Assembly: GCA_900553355.1 (NCBI GenBank) | Contig: USDK01000002.1 | Coordinates: forward strand, 3,500-67,499 | Reading direction: 5' to 3' | DNA from: an uncultured Lachnospiraceae bacterium | Lineage (GTDB): Bacteria; Bacillota; Clostridia; Lachnospirales; Lachnospiraceae | Length of the DNA stretch: 64,000 bases | In this document: positions 11,398-21,703 of the stretch, piece by piece | Layout: every line of letters begins with the position of its first letter | How positions within the stretch are numbered: the stretch's first letter is position 1 | The notes under the pieces: generated by a model | The model's input: the letters and a program-made list of their open reading frames with translations, nothing else | Told to the model about the DNA's origin: nothing | The model's database searches: none | Program-made: the position numbers and the translations under genes

Positions 11398-11997
11398 ATG
11401 ACTGGATTAGATAAAATGAAAAGTCAGATCCTGGACGAAGCAAAAACAGCTGCAGAGAGCAAGATTGCCGAGGCAAGGGCACAGGCAGATGAAATGATCC
11501 GCCTGGCAGAAGAAGAGGCAAAAAAGCAGACGGAAGGCATTCTGAAGAAGGCAGAGACGGACGTGGCAAACTATAATGAGCGCACGGCGTCATCGACAGA
11601 CCTTCAGAAAAGGACACAGATCCTTGCTGCAAAGCAGGAAGTGATCGCCGAAGTGCTGGATAAGGCATACGAAAAGGTAAAGACCATGGGGACAGAGGAA
11701 TACTTTTCCATGCTGCTTAAAATGGTAGAAAAGTATGCATTGCCGCAGGACGGAGAGATTTGTTTTTCTGCTGCTGATCTTGGAAGACTGCCGGAAGGGT
11801 TTGAGGCGGAAGTTTCAAAAGCAGCTGCGGCTGCGGGCGGAAGCTTAAAACTGTCCAGGGAAGGCAAAAATATTGAGAATGGGTTCATTCTGATCTATGG
11901 CGGTATAGAGGAGAACTGCACGATTGCTGCCATGTTTGATGCGAAGAAAGACGAACTGTCCGACATCGTGCATCGGCTGGTATTTTTACAGGCGTAA
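11398..11997 (+). CDS. ntpE: V/A-type ATPase subunit E
   Basis: MTGLDKM..I, GFILIYGGIEENCT; operon position. Confidence 0.9.
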   Translation: MTGLDKMKSQILDEAKTAAESKIAEARAQADEMIRLAEEEAKKQTEGILKKAETDVANYNERTASSTDLQKRTQILAAKQEVIAEVLDKAYEKVKTMGTEEYFSMLLKMVEKYALPQDGEICFSAADLGRLPEGFEAEVSKAAAAAGGSLKLSREGKNIENGFILIYGGIEENCTIAAMFDAKKDELSDIVHRLVFLQA

Positions 11998-12015
11998 CCA
12001 GATGGGAGGAATAAA

Positions 12016-12984
12016 ATGAGCGAACAATATACCTACGCGGTTGCGCGCATACGTGCCCTGGAGGTCGGGCTGTTCTCTAACAGTACGATCGATCAGCTGA
12101 TCGCCTGCCAGGATTATGGGCAGTGTCTGCAGTTCCTGGAGGAAAAAGGCTGGGGAGACAGTGAAAGCTCCGGCGATGCAGAGGCGATACTGACCAGAGA
12201 AGAAGAAAAGATCTGGGAGGTCGTAAAAGATCTGCACATTGATATGGATCATTTTGCGGTACTCTCTTATCCCAAGCTTTTTCACAATCTGAAGGCCGCA
12301 ATTAAGGAGGTATGCACGGAGGACAAAAACAGGCATATCTATTATGAAGATGTGCAGATTCCGGGCAGCACGATGCGCGAGATCGTCGCGGAGAAGGATT
12401 TTGGCAAGCTCCCGGCGTATATGCAGCATGCGGCAGAAGAAGCTTATGAATCGTTTCTTCACACCGGGGACGGACAATTGTGCGATTGTATCATTGACCG
12501 GGCAGCTCTTGATGCCATCTATGAGGCAGGAAGAGAGTCAGACGCCGCGATCATCCGTGATTATGCGGAGTCTACGGTGGCGGTGGCGGATATCAAGATT
12601 GCTGTGCGTTCACAGAAGACCGCGAAATCAATTGAGTTTATGAAACGGGCAATGGCAGAATGTGAAAGTGTGAATGTAGACCAGCTTGCAAAAGCAGCCC
12701 TTGGCGGCATGGAGGCCATCCGCGATTATCTGCTGGGTACGGCCTATGCAGAGGGAGCAGAGGCTCTGGCAGAGTCGCCGTCGGCATTTGAACGCTGGTG
12801 CGATAACCGGATCATTCAGACCATCAGTCCACAGAAATATCAGGCATTTACCATAGGACCTGTAATCGCCTATGTGATTGCCAGACAAAATGAAATAAAA
12901 ACGGTACGAATCATTCTTTCCGGCAAACTTAATGACTTACCGGATGATTCAATCCGAGAAAGGGTAAGGGAGATGTATGTATAA
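12016..12984 (+). CDS. ntpC: V/A-type ATPase subunit C
   Basis: YAVARIRALE N-terminus; EIKTVRIILSGK...IRERVR C-terminus. Confidence 0.9.
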   Translation: MSEQYTYAVARIRALEVGLFSNSTIDQLIACQDYGQCLQFLEEKGWGDSESSGDAEAILTREEEKIWEVVKDLHIDMDHFAVLSYPKLFHNLKAAIKEVCTEDKNRHIYYEDVQIPGSTMREIVAEKDFGKLPAYMQHAAEEAYESFLHTGDGQLCDCIIDRAALDAIYEAGRESDAAIIRDYAESTVAVADIKIAVRSQKTAKSIEFMKRAMAECESVNVDQLAKAALGGMEAIRDYLLGTAYAEGAEALAESPSAFERWCDNRIIQTISPQKYQAFTIGPVIAYVIARQNEIKTVRIILSGKLNDLPDDSIRERVREMYV

Positions 12985-13294
12985 GATTGCAGTGTTAGGC
13001 GATTATGACAGTATCTACGGCTTTGCCGCACTGGGACTGGATACATTTCCTGTGACAGCCCAGGAGGAGGCCGGAGAACGATTACATGAGCTGGCAGCAA
13101 ACGGATATGGAATTATCTATATCACAGAAGCGCTGGCGGCAGGAATGAAACATGAGATTGCAAGGTACCAGGACCAGCTGCTTCCGGCGATCATTCAGAT
13201 CCCGGGAATTTCCGGAAATACCGGAGACGGAGTCCAGGGAGTCAAGAAGTCTGTAGAACAGGCGGTAGGCTCCGATATCTTGTTCAGTAACTAA
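12977..13294 (+). CDS. ntpG: V/A-type ATPase subunit F
   Basis: KIAVLGDYDSIYGF...VEQAVGSDI. Confidence 0.9.
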   Translation: MYKIAVLGDYDSIYGFAALGLDTFPVTAQEEAGERLHELAANGYGIIYITEALAAGMKHEIARYQDQLLPAIIQIPGISGNTGDGVQGVKKSVEQAVGSDILFSN

Positions 13295-13318
13295 GAAAGT
13301 AGAGGTGATTCGTCCATT

Positions 13319-15088
13319 ATGAGTAGTACAGGTACGATAAAAAAAGTTGCAGGACCGCTGGTCATTGCGTCCGGCATGCGCGATGCGAACATGTCCGACG
13401 TTGTACGTGTAAGTAAGCAGCGTCTGATCGGGGAAATCATCGAGATGCACGGGGACGAGGCGTCGATCCAGGTATACGAGGAGACGTCAGGACTTGGCCC
13501 GGGCGAGCCGGTAGAATCTACTGGAGCGCCGATGTCCGTAGAACTTGGGCCAGGACTGATCTCCAGTATCTATGACGGGATCCAGCGTCCGCTTGATGAT
13601 ATTATGAAGATCTCAGGAAACAACCTGCAAAGAGGTGTAGAGGTTGCGGCTCTGAAAAGAGATAAAAAGTGGGAGTTTGTCCCGGTGGCAAAGGCCGGAG
13701 ATGAGGTAGAGGCCGGAGATGTGCTGGGAACCGTTCAGGAGACTCCGATTGTGCAGCAGAAGATCATGGTTCCCTATGGAGTAGAAGGAACAGTCAAAGA
13801 GATCAAATCAGGCGAGCATACAGTGGAAGATGTGATCGCAGTGATCGAAACCAAGGACGGAGATAAGGAGCTGACCATGGTACAGAAATGGCCGGTAAGA
13901 AGAGGACGTCCTTATGTGAAGAAGCTGCCGCTGGATGTGCCTCTGGTAACAGGACAGCGTGTTATTGACACCTTCTTCCCTATTGCAAAAGGCGGTGTAG
14001 CTGCGGTTCCGGGACCTTTCGGAAGTGGAAAAACAGTCATCCAGCATCAGCTGGCAAAATGGGCTGAGGCAGACATCGTAGTTTATATCGGATGCGGTGA
14101 GCGTGGAAACGAGATGACGGACGTTCTGAATGAATTCCCGGAGCTGAAGGATCCAAAGACCGGACGTTCTTTGATGGAGCGGACCGTTCTGATCGCCAAC
14201 ACTTCGGATATGCCGTTTGCAGCCCGTGAGGCTTCTATTTATACAGGAATTACGATCGCTGAGTATTTCCGTGATATGGGATATTCCGTAGCATTGATGG
14301 CGGACTCCACATCTCGCTGGGCTGAGGCCCTTCGTGAGATGTCCGGACGTCTGGAAGAGATGCCTGGTGAGGAAGGTTATCCGGCATACTTAGGGTCTCG
14401 TCTGGCAGAGTTCTATGAGAGAGCCGGACATGTGATCTCCCTTGGAAAAGACGGAAGAGAAGGTTCCCTTTCTGTAATCGGAGCTGTATCCCCTCCGGGT
14501 GGTGATACTTCTGAGCCGGTATCCCAGGCAACCTTACGTATTGTAAAGGTATTCTGGGGACTGGATTCAAATCTGGCGTATAAGAGACATTTCCCGGCTA
14601 TCAACTGGCTGACCAGTTATTCGCTGTATCTGGATAATGTCAGCGGCTGGTTCAATGATACCGTGGCTTCAGACTGGATGGAAGACCGTCAGAAGATGAT
14701 GAGCCTTCTGCAGGAAGAGGCAGAACTGGAAGAGATCGTTCAGATGGTAGGTATGGATGCATTGTCACCGGTAGACCGTCTGAAGATGGAGGCGGCAAGA
14801 TCTATCCGTGAGGACTTCCTGCACCAGAACTCCTTCCATGAAGTGGATACCTATACGCCACTTAGAAAACAGTATCTGATGATGAAGCTGGTACTGGCAT
14901 TCTACGAGCAGTCCTTAGAGGCTCTGAATAAAGGGGCTTCCATGAAGGCGCTGCTGGGAATGGACGTCAGAGAGAAGATCGGCCGTTATAAATATACGAC
15001 AGTCGAGAATATCGAGACGGAATATGAGAAGATTATGAATGAACTGAGTGAAGAGATCGCCGGTGCATTCGGGAAGGAGGACTTCTAA
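13319..15088 (+). CDS. ntpA: V/A-type ATPase catalytic subunit A
   Basis: P-loop [38 protein letters not shown]. Confidence 0.97.
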   Translation: MSSTGTIKKVAGPLVIASGMRDANMSDVVRVSKQRLIGEIIEMHGDEASIQVYEETSGLGPGEPVESTGAPMSVELGPGLISSIYDGIQRPLDDIMKISGNNLQRGVEVAALKRDKKWEFVPVAKAGDEVEAGDVLGTVQETPIVQQKIMVPYGVEGTVKEIKSGEHTVEDVIAVIETKDGDKELTMVQKWPVRRGRPYVKKLPLDVPLVTGQRVIDTFFPIAKGGVAAVPGPFGSGKTVIQHQLAKWAEADIVVYIGCGERGNEMTDVLNEFPELKDPKTGRSLMERTVLIANTSDMPFAAREASIYTGITIAEYFRDMGYSVALMADSTSRWAEALREMSGRLEEMPGEEGYPAYLGSRLAEFYERAGHVISLGKDGREGSLSVIGAVSPPGGDTSEPVSQATLRIVKVFWGLDSNLAYKRHFPAINWLTSYSLYLDNVSGWFNDTVASDWMEDRQKMMSLLQEEAELEEIVQMVGMDALSPVDRLKMEAARSIREDFLHQNSFHEVDTYTPLRKQYLMMKLVLAFYEQSLEALNKGASMKALLGMDVREKIGRYKYTTVENIETEYEKIMNELSEEIAGAFGKEDF

Positions 15089-15090
15089 TT

Positions 15091-16464
15091 ATGCCAAAGG
15101 AATATAGAACCATACAGGAAGTTGCCGGACCGCTGATGATGGTAAAAGGAGTCGAGGGCGTAGCCTACGACGAGCTGGGCGAGATCGAGCTTGCAAACGG
15201 CGAGAAGCGCCGCTGTAAGGTACTGGAAGTAGATGGGGATACTGTAGTTGTACAGCTCTATGAAAATGCTGCCGGTATCAACTTAAGCAACAGTAAGGTA
15301 CGTTTTCTGGGACGAAGCATGGAGCTTGGCGTATCCGGAGACATGCTGGGACGTGTCTTTGACGGACTGGGACGTCCCATTGATGACGGCCCGGAGATTC
15401 TTCCGGAAGAAAGAAGAGATATTAACGGTCTGCCTATGAACCCGGCAGCCCGTGTTTATCCGTCTGAGTTTATCCAGACCGGTGTATCTGCCATCGACGG
15501 ACTGAACACACTGGTCCGTGGGCAGAAACTGCCGATTTTCTCCTGTTCTGGTCTGCCCCATTCACAGCTGGCGGCACAGATTGCAAGGCAGGCAAAAGTC
15601 CGTGGAAAAGATGAAAAATTCGCCGTTGTATTTGCGGCTATGGGTATCACCTTCGAAGAATCCAACTTCTTCGTAGAATCCTTTAAGGAAACAGGAGCCA
15701 TTGACAGAACTGTCCTGTTCGTCAACCTGGCCAACGACCCGGCGGTAGAGCGTATCTCCACGCCTCGTATGGCGCTGACGGCAGCAGAATATCTGGCTTT
15801 TGAAAAAGACATGCACGTTCTGGTCATCCTGACAGATATCACAAACTATGCGGACGCTCTTCGTGAGATTTCCGCTGCGAAAAAGGAGGTCCCGGGACGC
15901 CGTGGATATCCTGGATACATGTACACTGACCTGGCTCAGATGTATGAGCGCGCAGGCCGTCAGAGAGGCAAGACAGGAAGTATCACAATGATTCCGATTC
16001 TGACCATGCCGGAAGACGACAAGACGCATCCGATCCCTGACCTGACAGGTTATATCACCGAGGGCCAGGTTATCCTGAGCCGTGATCTTTACCGGAAGGG
16101 CATCCAGCCGCCGATCGACGTGCTGCCGTCCCTTTCCCGTCTGAAAGACAAAGGTATCGGCGAAGGAAAGACAAGAGCCGATCACTCCAATACCATGAAC
16201 CAGCTGTTTGCGGCTTACTCCCGTGGTAAAGACGCAAAAGAGTTGATGACGATCCTTGGAGAGGCAGCACTGACCGAGATCGACCTGATCTATGCGAAAT
16301 TCGCAGATGCATTTGAGAAAGAATATGTAAATCAGGGCTACAATACCGATCGTTCCATTGAAGAGACGCTTGAGATCGGATGGAAGTTACTCTCCATCCT
16401 GCCAAGATCCGAGCTGAAACGTATCGACGACAAGTTCTTAGATGAGTACTATGGTAAACAGTAA
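15091..16464 (+). CDS. ntpB: V/A-type ATPase subunit B
   Basis: [38 protein letters not shown]. Confidence 0.97.
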   Translation: MPKEYRTIQEVAGPLMMVKGVEGVAYDELGEIELANGEKRRCKVLEVDGDTVVVQLYENAAGINLSNSKVRFLGRSMELGVSGDMLGRVFDGLGRPIDDGPEILPEERRDINGLPMNPAARVYPSEFIQTGVSAIDGLNTLVRGQKLPIFSCSGLPHSQLAAQIARQAKVRGKDEKFAVVFAAMGITFEESNFFVESFKETGAIDRTVLFVNLANDPAVERISTPRMALTAAEYLAFEKDMHVLVILTDITNYADALREISAAKKEVPGRRGYPGYMYTDLAQMYERAGRQRGKTGSITMIPILTMPEDDKTHPIPDLTGYITEGQVILSRDLYRKGIQPPIDVLPSLSRLKDKGIGEGKTRADHSNTMNQLFAAYSRGKDAKELMTILGEAALTEIDLIYAKFADAFEKEYVNQGYNTDRSIEETLEIGWKLLSILPRSELKRIDDKFLDEYYGKQ

Positions 16465-16662
16465 GCCATGCACAGACGTACAGGTGTAGCCATGCAGGCT
16501 TGCCTGCAGATGGATACACCTGGGCGGATGTATAGGGCGGACGCCCTCCAGCGGTGCTTGAACACTTGGCGAGGTATTATCGAGCCTAGTGTGAAAGTAG
16601 ATATCCAGAGCGAAAGCGAAGGATATCTTCCGAAAAGATAAGGAATCAAGCTGGGGCATGGC
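16465..16662. ncRNA. Multi-stem structured intergenic element (candidate ncRNA or interspersed repeat, possibly Clostridiales-1-like)
   Basis: Closing stem GCCATGC/GCATGGC plus at least five internal stems; see findings. The family name is from recollection only. Confidence 0.55.
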
Positions 16663-16689
16663 GTTAAGCAGCAAAAAGGAGGTGGACAT

Positions 16690-17349
16690 ATGGCATCTAC
16701 GCAGATCACGCCTACCCGTATGGAACTGACACGGACAAAGAAAAAGCTTGCCACTGCCAGAAGAGGCCACAAGCTTCTGAAGGATAAACGTGACGAGCTG
16801 ATGCGGCAGTTCCTGGATATGGCGAGGGAGAACATGGAGCTCCGTGAAAAAGTAGAAGCCGGAATCCTCTCTGCAAATAAGAATTTTGTCATCGCGAAGG
16901 CCGGAATGGATGAGGCGACTCTGAATACGGCCCTGATGGCTCCGAAGCAGGAGGTCAGCCTGGGGGTTGACAAGAAGAATGTCATGAGTGTAAATATTCC
17001 GGTGTTTGAGACAAAGACCAGGACGGCAGACGCAAATGATATTTATTCCTATGGATTTGCTTTTACGTCCAGCGATCTGGACGGGGCAGTAAAGTCCCTG
17101 GCAGATATCCTGCCGGATATGCTGAAACTTGCGGAGAGGGAGAAAGCGTGCCAGCTGATGGCGGCAGAGATCGAGAAGACCAGACGCCGCGTCAATGCAT
17201 TGGAACACGTGATTATTCCGGAAGCACAGGAAACGATCAAGTATATTTCGATGAAGCTGGATGAAAATGAGAGAAGCTCTCAGATCCGGCTGATGAAAGT
17301 AAAAGATATGATGCTGGAGGAGGCTCATCATTACAGCGAGAGAGCTTAA
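16690..17349 (+). CDS. ntpD: V/A-type ATPase subunit D
   Basis: PTRMEL, GHKLLKDKRD, KTRRRVNALEH. Confidence 0.96.
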   Translation: MASTQITPTRMELTRTKKKLATARRGHKLLKDKRDELMRQFLDMARENMELREKVEAGILSANKNFVIAKAGMDEATLNTALMAPKQEVSLGVDKKNVMSVNIPVFETKTRTADANDIYSYGFAFTSSDLDGAVKSLADILPDMLKLAEREKACQLMAAEIEKTRRRVNALEHVIIPEAQETIKYISMKLDENERSSQIRLMKVKDMMLEEAHHYSERA

Positions 17350-17364
17350 AACAGCAGAAGGACG

Positions 17365-17419
17365 AAAGAAAGGCGCCGCAGGCTCACCCTAAAAAGGGGA
17401 GGCTGCGGCGTTTTTCTTT
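17365..17419 (+). terminator. Intrinsic terminator of the ATPase operon
   Basis: AAAGAAAGGCGCCGCAG...CTGCGGCGTTTTTCTTT. Confidence 0.8.
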
Positions 17420-17562
17420 GGCAAAGAAAAGTATGAAGAATCTGGATTGTTTTTCTTTTGCACTTATGATAATCTATAATCATCTATCCGGTAAAAGCCG
17501 GTTCTGAATTTCTTTTATTCTTATTTTTTCAATTCTACATTTCTAAAAGGAGGAATCTGTCT

Positions 17563-18555
17563 ATGAAGAAATCTCTCAAATCCTATTTTCCAATGATCCG
17601 TTCAAAAGAAGAAATCCGTCTTATCATCCGGGGAAATCTGCGGCTGGAAGAATTGTTCCAAAGCTGGACTTTAGAACAGCAGGAAGAATTTTTAGACTTT
17701 TGTTCCGGGAACCGGGGCGTCAAGATTTTGTACGACTCGTTTTTTAAAGAAATACTGAACCCGGAAATATCTCCGGAGCGGCTGAATGAATTATTATCTC
17801 TTATCCTGGGGCAGCAGGTGAAAATTCTTCAGGTACTTCCCAATGATTCTACCCGGATTGCGGATGAGAGTTCCCTGGTTATCATGGATATCGTGGTGGA
17901 GCTGGAGGATCACAGTATCGCGAATGTAGAAGTACAAAAAATCGGTTATAGATTTTCGGGCCATAGAAGTGCGTGTTATTCGGCAGATCTTTTGCTGCGT
18001 CAATATAAAAGGATCCGGGGAGAAAGGGGAAGGGCATTCAGCTATCGGGATATCCATAAGGTATATACCATTGTATTTTTTGAGAAAAGCCCGAAAGAAT
18101 TTCGCAGATATAAGGAGGGCTGTATCCATCATTTTACCCAGGTGTCAGATACGGGTGTAAAACTAGATCTTCTGCAGGAATTTTGTTTTGTCAGTCTTGA
18201 CATCTTCCAGGAACTTCTGCACAATAAAGGTATCAGAAACAAGCTGGATGCATGGCTTACGTTTTTAAGTGTGGACGATCCGGAAACGATAGAAGCATTA
18301 CTTGACCAGTACCCGGAATTCAGGAAGTTTTATCAGGAAATCTATGAGCTGTGCCGGAATGTGGAAAGGGTGATGGGTATGTTTTCAGAAGAGTTACGTG
18401 AACTGGACCGGAATACGGTACAGTTAATGATTGATGAAATGCAGGAAGAGATCGATGCGCTGAAAAAGGAGCGAGAAGAAGCGAAGCAAGAAGCCGCGGA
18501 GCTTAAGAAGAAGCTGGCAGCGTATGAAAAAGCTTCTGAAAATGGACAAGGATAA
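17563..18555 (+). CDS. Rpn-family / PD-(D/E)XK nuclease-like protein (PDDEXK_2)
   Basis: D..FK.I, MDIVVELED..IANVEVQK catalytic motif, R...YSA, KVYTIVF, WL.FL, charged coiled-coil C-terminus; AAGGAGG RBS. Confidence 0.85.
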   Translation: MKKSLKSYFPMIRSKEEIRLIIRGNLRLEELFQSWTLEQQEEFLDFCSGNRGVKILYDSFFKEILNPEISPERLNELLSLILGQQVKILQVLPNDSTRIADESSLVIMDIVVELEDHSIANVEVQKIGYRFSGHRSACYSADLLLRQYKRIRGERGRAFSYRDIHKVYTIVFFEKSPKEFRRYKEGCIHHFTQVSDTGVKLDLLQEFCFVSLDIFQELLHNKGIRNKLDAWLTFLSVDDPETIEALLDQYPEFRKFYQEIYELCRNVERVMGMFSEELRELDRNTVQLMIDEMQEEIDALKKEREEAKQEAAELKKKLAAYEKASENGQG

Positions 18556-18570
18556 TACATATGTGATAAG

Positions 18571-18607
18571 AAATCCTGCGCAGGCGGATGGCCCGGGCAG
18601 GATTTTT
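18571..18607 (+). terminator. Terminator after the Rpn gene
   Basis: AAATCCTGC...GCAGGATTTTT. Confidence 0.65.
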
Positions 18608-18640
18608 ATGGTGAAGCAGGCATGATACTTTGTAGGGAGA

Positions 18641-19480
18641 ATGGATAGATATATGGTAACGATAGAAAGTGAACATTTTTCGATTCCTCAGATCTGTGAA
18701 TCTGGGCAGTGTTTCCGGCTGGATCCGGTGTCTGAGGATACATATGAACTTCTGGCAGGTGACAGATATCTGAAGATCAGCGTGCAATCAGCGGCGGATG
18801 AAGGTGGGGCTGGGAAAACAGTGCTGCACTGTTCGGAAGCAGAGTATGAGGGATACTGGAAAGAGTATTTTGATCTGTCAGTCTCCTACGCGGATTATAT
18901 TGCACGGATCGATGATTCGGATGAATATCTGAAAACAGCGGCCGGGGCAGGCAGAGGCATCCGTATTCTGAAACAGGATATCTGGGAAATGATTGTTACA
19001 TTTATCATTTCCCAGCAGAATAACATCCCCAGGATCAAGGGGCTGATCCGGGTGCTGTGCGGAAGATACGGGAGACAGAAAAAGACGCCGGAAGGCAGAA
19101 CCTATGCCGCGTTTCCAGGCTTTGTGGAACTGGCAGGCGCAAAGGAAGAGGACTTAAGGAAACTAAAGTTTGGCTACCGGAGTAAATATATCTGCGGCGC
19201 AGCCAGGATGGCAGCAGAGGGGCAGATAGATCTGGCGGCGCTGGAGTCTATGGATTATGAACATGCCAGGGCAGAGCTGATGAGGCTCCCGGGGATCGGA
19301 AGTAAGGTGGCAGACTGCATCTGTCTGTTTGCCCTGCACCAGATGGACGCGTTCCCGGTAGACACCCATATTCGCAAGGCGTTGGAGCTTCATTATCCAA
19401 ATGGGTTTCCCTTTGAGAGATACCAGGGATGCGCAGGGGTTATGCAGCAGTATATTTTTTATCATGATCTGAAGGAGTAG
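18641..19480 (+). CDS. 8-oxoguanine DNA glycosylase (OGG1-like)
   Basis: SGQCFR, GIRILKQD.WE, SQQNNIPRI, HhH LPGIGSKVADC, FPVDTH. Confidence 0.92.
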   Translation: MDRYMVTIESEHFSIPQICESGQCFRLDPVSEDTYELLAGDRYLKISVQSAADEGGAGKTVLHCSEAEYEGYWKEYFDLSVSYADYIARIDDSDEYLKTAAGAGRGIRILKQDIWEMIVTFIISQQNNIPRIKGLIRVLCGRYGRQKKTPEGRTYAAFPGFVELAGAKEEDLRKLKFGYRSKYICGAARMAAEGQIDLAALESMDYEHARAELMRLPGIGSKVADCICLFALHQMDAFPVDTHIRKALELHYPNGFPFERYQGCAGVMQQYIFYHDLKE

Positions 19481-19495
19481 TAGGAGGAAAGAAAC

Positions 19496-19861
19496 ATGAC
19501 GGGATTTTTATATGTGGGGGCCGGAGGGGCGCTGGGAGCAGCGCTCCGGTATGCCATCAGCCTGATGCCTTATAGAGGGACATTTCCGCTGCTTACATTG
19601 ATCACAAATGTTATCGGTGCGGCGGTGATCGGCTGTATTGCAGGGGCGGCGGCGCGCCGGGGAATGAATCCGCAGGTGGTGCTCTTCCTGAAAACAGGTG
19701 TGTGCGGCGGCTTTACGACATTTTCAACATTTTCACTGGAGACGTATGAGCTTTTGCATCAGGGACATTACCAGACGGCAGTATTTTATATGGTTCTGAG
19801 TATGGCCCTCTGTCTGGCAGGAGTGGTCGTGGGGCTGTATCTGGCGGAACGGATCGGGTAA
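19496..19861 (+). CDS. crcB: Fluoride efflux channel Fluc
   Basis: GGALGAALRY, FP..TL..N, TG.CGGFTTFSTF. Confidence 0.95.
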   Translation: MTGFLYVGAGGALGAALRYAISLMPYRGTFPLLTLITNVIGAAVIGCIAGAAARRGMNPQVVLFLKTGVCGGFTTFSTFSLETYELLHQGHYQTAVFYMVLSMALCLAGVVVGLYLAERIG

Positions 19862-20101
19862 CACGCAGAACTTTACAATGAATATCAGGAGTACGGCGAG
19901 ACTGACGAAAGTAAATAATATGCAACAAAGATTGCGATTGGCGCCACCCTGCTTTTTTCATCAGTAAAAAGTTTACTTTTTGGTATGACAGGTATGGTTT
20001 TTCATATAGCTTTTTCATACAGCCTCTTAAAATAGAAAATAGCAGCATGTTATGATAGACTTAGTGTATGGATAGTTATGGATCCTGAGGAAGAGGTTTG
20101 T

Positions 20102-21703
20102 ATGAAATTGTTGAAACTTGTGATAGTAGATGATGAACCGATCTTGTTAAGAGGGCTTTTGGATACCTATGACTGGGCCGGAATGGGATTTAAGGTGGCA
20201 GGTACGGCCCAGAGCGGAAAACAGGCGATCGAGGTGATTAAAGAGGTGAAGCCCCATGTAGTGCTGACGGATATCCGGATGAAGCAGATTACAGGGCTTA
20301 TGGTGATGGAAGAGATCCAGAAGACGGATCAGGAGTGTCTCTTTGTAGTACTGAGCGCCTACAGAGACTTTGATTATGCACAGCAGGCCTGTGATCTGGG
20401 AGCCTATGCCTACCTTTTGAAACCGATCGAGGAAGAAAAGCTCCGGGAGACAATGGAAAGTGCATACCGGACATGCATGGAACAGATGGAGCAGGATGCC
20501 CGGATGGAAAGTTGGGAAAATCTTCTGGTGAAAGATCGGATCAGTTTTCAGCAGATTATTGTACAGAAATATGTCCGGGATGCGATAACGGAGGAAAAAG
20601 TAAAAGAGGTGTTTGAAACTCTGGGAGATCTGCCGGGAAATGAGGAGCGTTTCATTACCGTATATGTGGATATCGATCTGGCTTATAAGATCACAAACTC
20701 TTTAGAGTATGAGGCGGCGCGGTTTACGGTGCTGAAGCATCTGGAAGAAGTGATTGGAAGCTGTTTTCATTTCTGGAGGACAGAAGGACCGGATCATGGG
20801 AGCACCTTTATCATCCGGACAAAGGATAAGAGAGCGGTTCCCAGGCTGAAAGAAATGCTGGAAAAGGTGAAAGAGCAGGAGAAGAGTCCAGTGGTGGCGG
20901 CAATCTCGAAGCCCTACAAGGGGATCGGAGGGATCAAGAGAAGCTTTCGGGAGGCGCAGAGCCTGTCGGGGATTGCCAGTATGTCCGGCGCCAGTGCCTT
21001 TACTGTATCGGAGGAAATAGAAGCAGCGGAGACAGACCTGCTTTCGGGAGCCTATATAGATATCGATAAGCAGATTGTGAATGCAGTCCGGAAAAACAGC
21101 AGCAGCGAGTTGAAGGAAGCGTTTATCCAGTTTCTATACGGGCTTCCTGATGAGGAAGAGCAGCAGTGTAAATATCTGCACCGGATGATGCTTAAGACGG
21201 AATTTATGCTGCAGGACAGCTACGGTCTTACAAAAGAAATCCAGGAAGAGTTTCGAAACTATTATGACAATCTGAGCAGCCTGAATGCAGCCAGGATGGT
21301 GGATGTCTGCTATCGGATTTTGGTGGATGCACTGGAGGAACGGAAGAAAGAAGTACAGCAGGATGAGACCAGGTATTTTAAAGAATACATGTCGGAGGCG
21401 GTGGAGTATATCGAGGAACATCTGCAGGACGAGGAGCTGTCCATTGTCTCGGTGGCAGGGCATGTATATTTAAATCCGGTATATTTTGGCAGAGTATTTA
21501 AAAATACGTTTCACATGACATTTAAAAAGTATCTGATGAAGCAGAGAATGGAGAGGGCAAAGACGCTGCTGGAGAAGGAAAACAGGAGTATCGGGGATAT
21601 CTGCGAGGCAGTCGGCATCCATAATCCTTCCTATTTTTCACACCTGTTTAAGCAGTATACAGGGAAGCTTCCCAGTGAATATAAAAAGGAATATGAGGGA
21701 TAA
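20102..21703 (+). CDS. YesN-type response regulator (receiver + AraC HTH)
   Basis: IVDDE, TDIRM, AYLLKP; C-terminal YFGRVFK...YFSHLFKQYTG. Confidence 0.92.
   Translation: MKLLKLVIVDDEPILLRGLLDTYDWAGMGFKVAGTAQSGKQAIEVIKEVKPHVVLTDIRMKQITGLMVMEEIQKTDQECLFVVLSAYRDFDYAQQACDLGAYAYLLKPIEEEKLRETMESAYRTCMEQMEQDARMESWENLLVKDRISFQQIIVQKYVRDAITEEKVKEVFETLGDLPGNEERFITVYVDIDLAYKITNSLEYEAARFTVLKHLEEVIGSCFHFWRTEGPDHGSTFIIRTKDKRAVPRLKEMLEKVKEQEKSPVVAAISKPYKGIGGIKRSFREAQSLSGIASMSGASAFTVSEEIEAAETDLLSGAYIDIDKQIVNAVRKNSSSELKEAFIQFLYGLPDEEEQQCKYLHRMMLKTEFMLQDSYGLTKEIQEEFRNYYDNLSSLNAARMVDVCYRILVDALEERKKEVQQDETRYFKEYMSEAVEYIEEHLQDEELSIVSVAGHVYLNPVYFGRVFKNTFHMTFKKYLMKQRMERAKTLLEKENRSIGDICEAVGIHNPSYFSHLFKQYTGKLPSEYKKEYEG

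Noticed and set aside
16465..16662. Group I/II intron, tRNA or CRISPR reading of the ntpB-ntpD insert
   Set aside because: No domain-V or P7 core, no cloverleaf, no repeat-spacer periodicity; both flanking genes are intact
17563..18555. Insertion sequence
   Set aside because: No DDE or HUH motif, terminal inverted repeats or target duplication seen
19713..20048. Minus-strand ORF or structured RNA between crcB and the response regulator
   Set aside because: ORF overlaps crcB and lacks motifs; only one imperfect 10-bp inverted repeat (ACTGACGAAA/TTTCATCAGT) is present, which is insufficient
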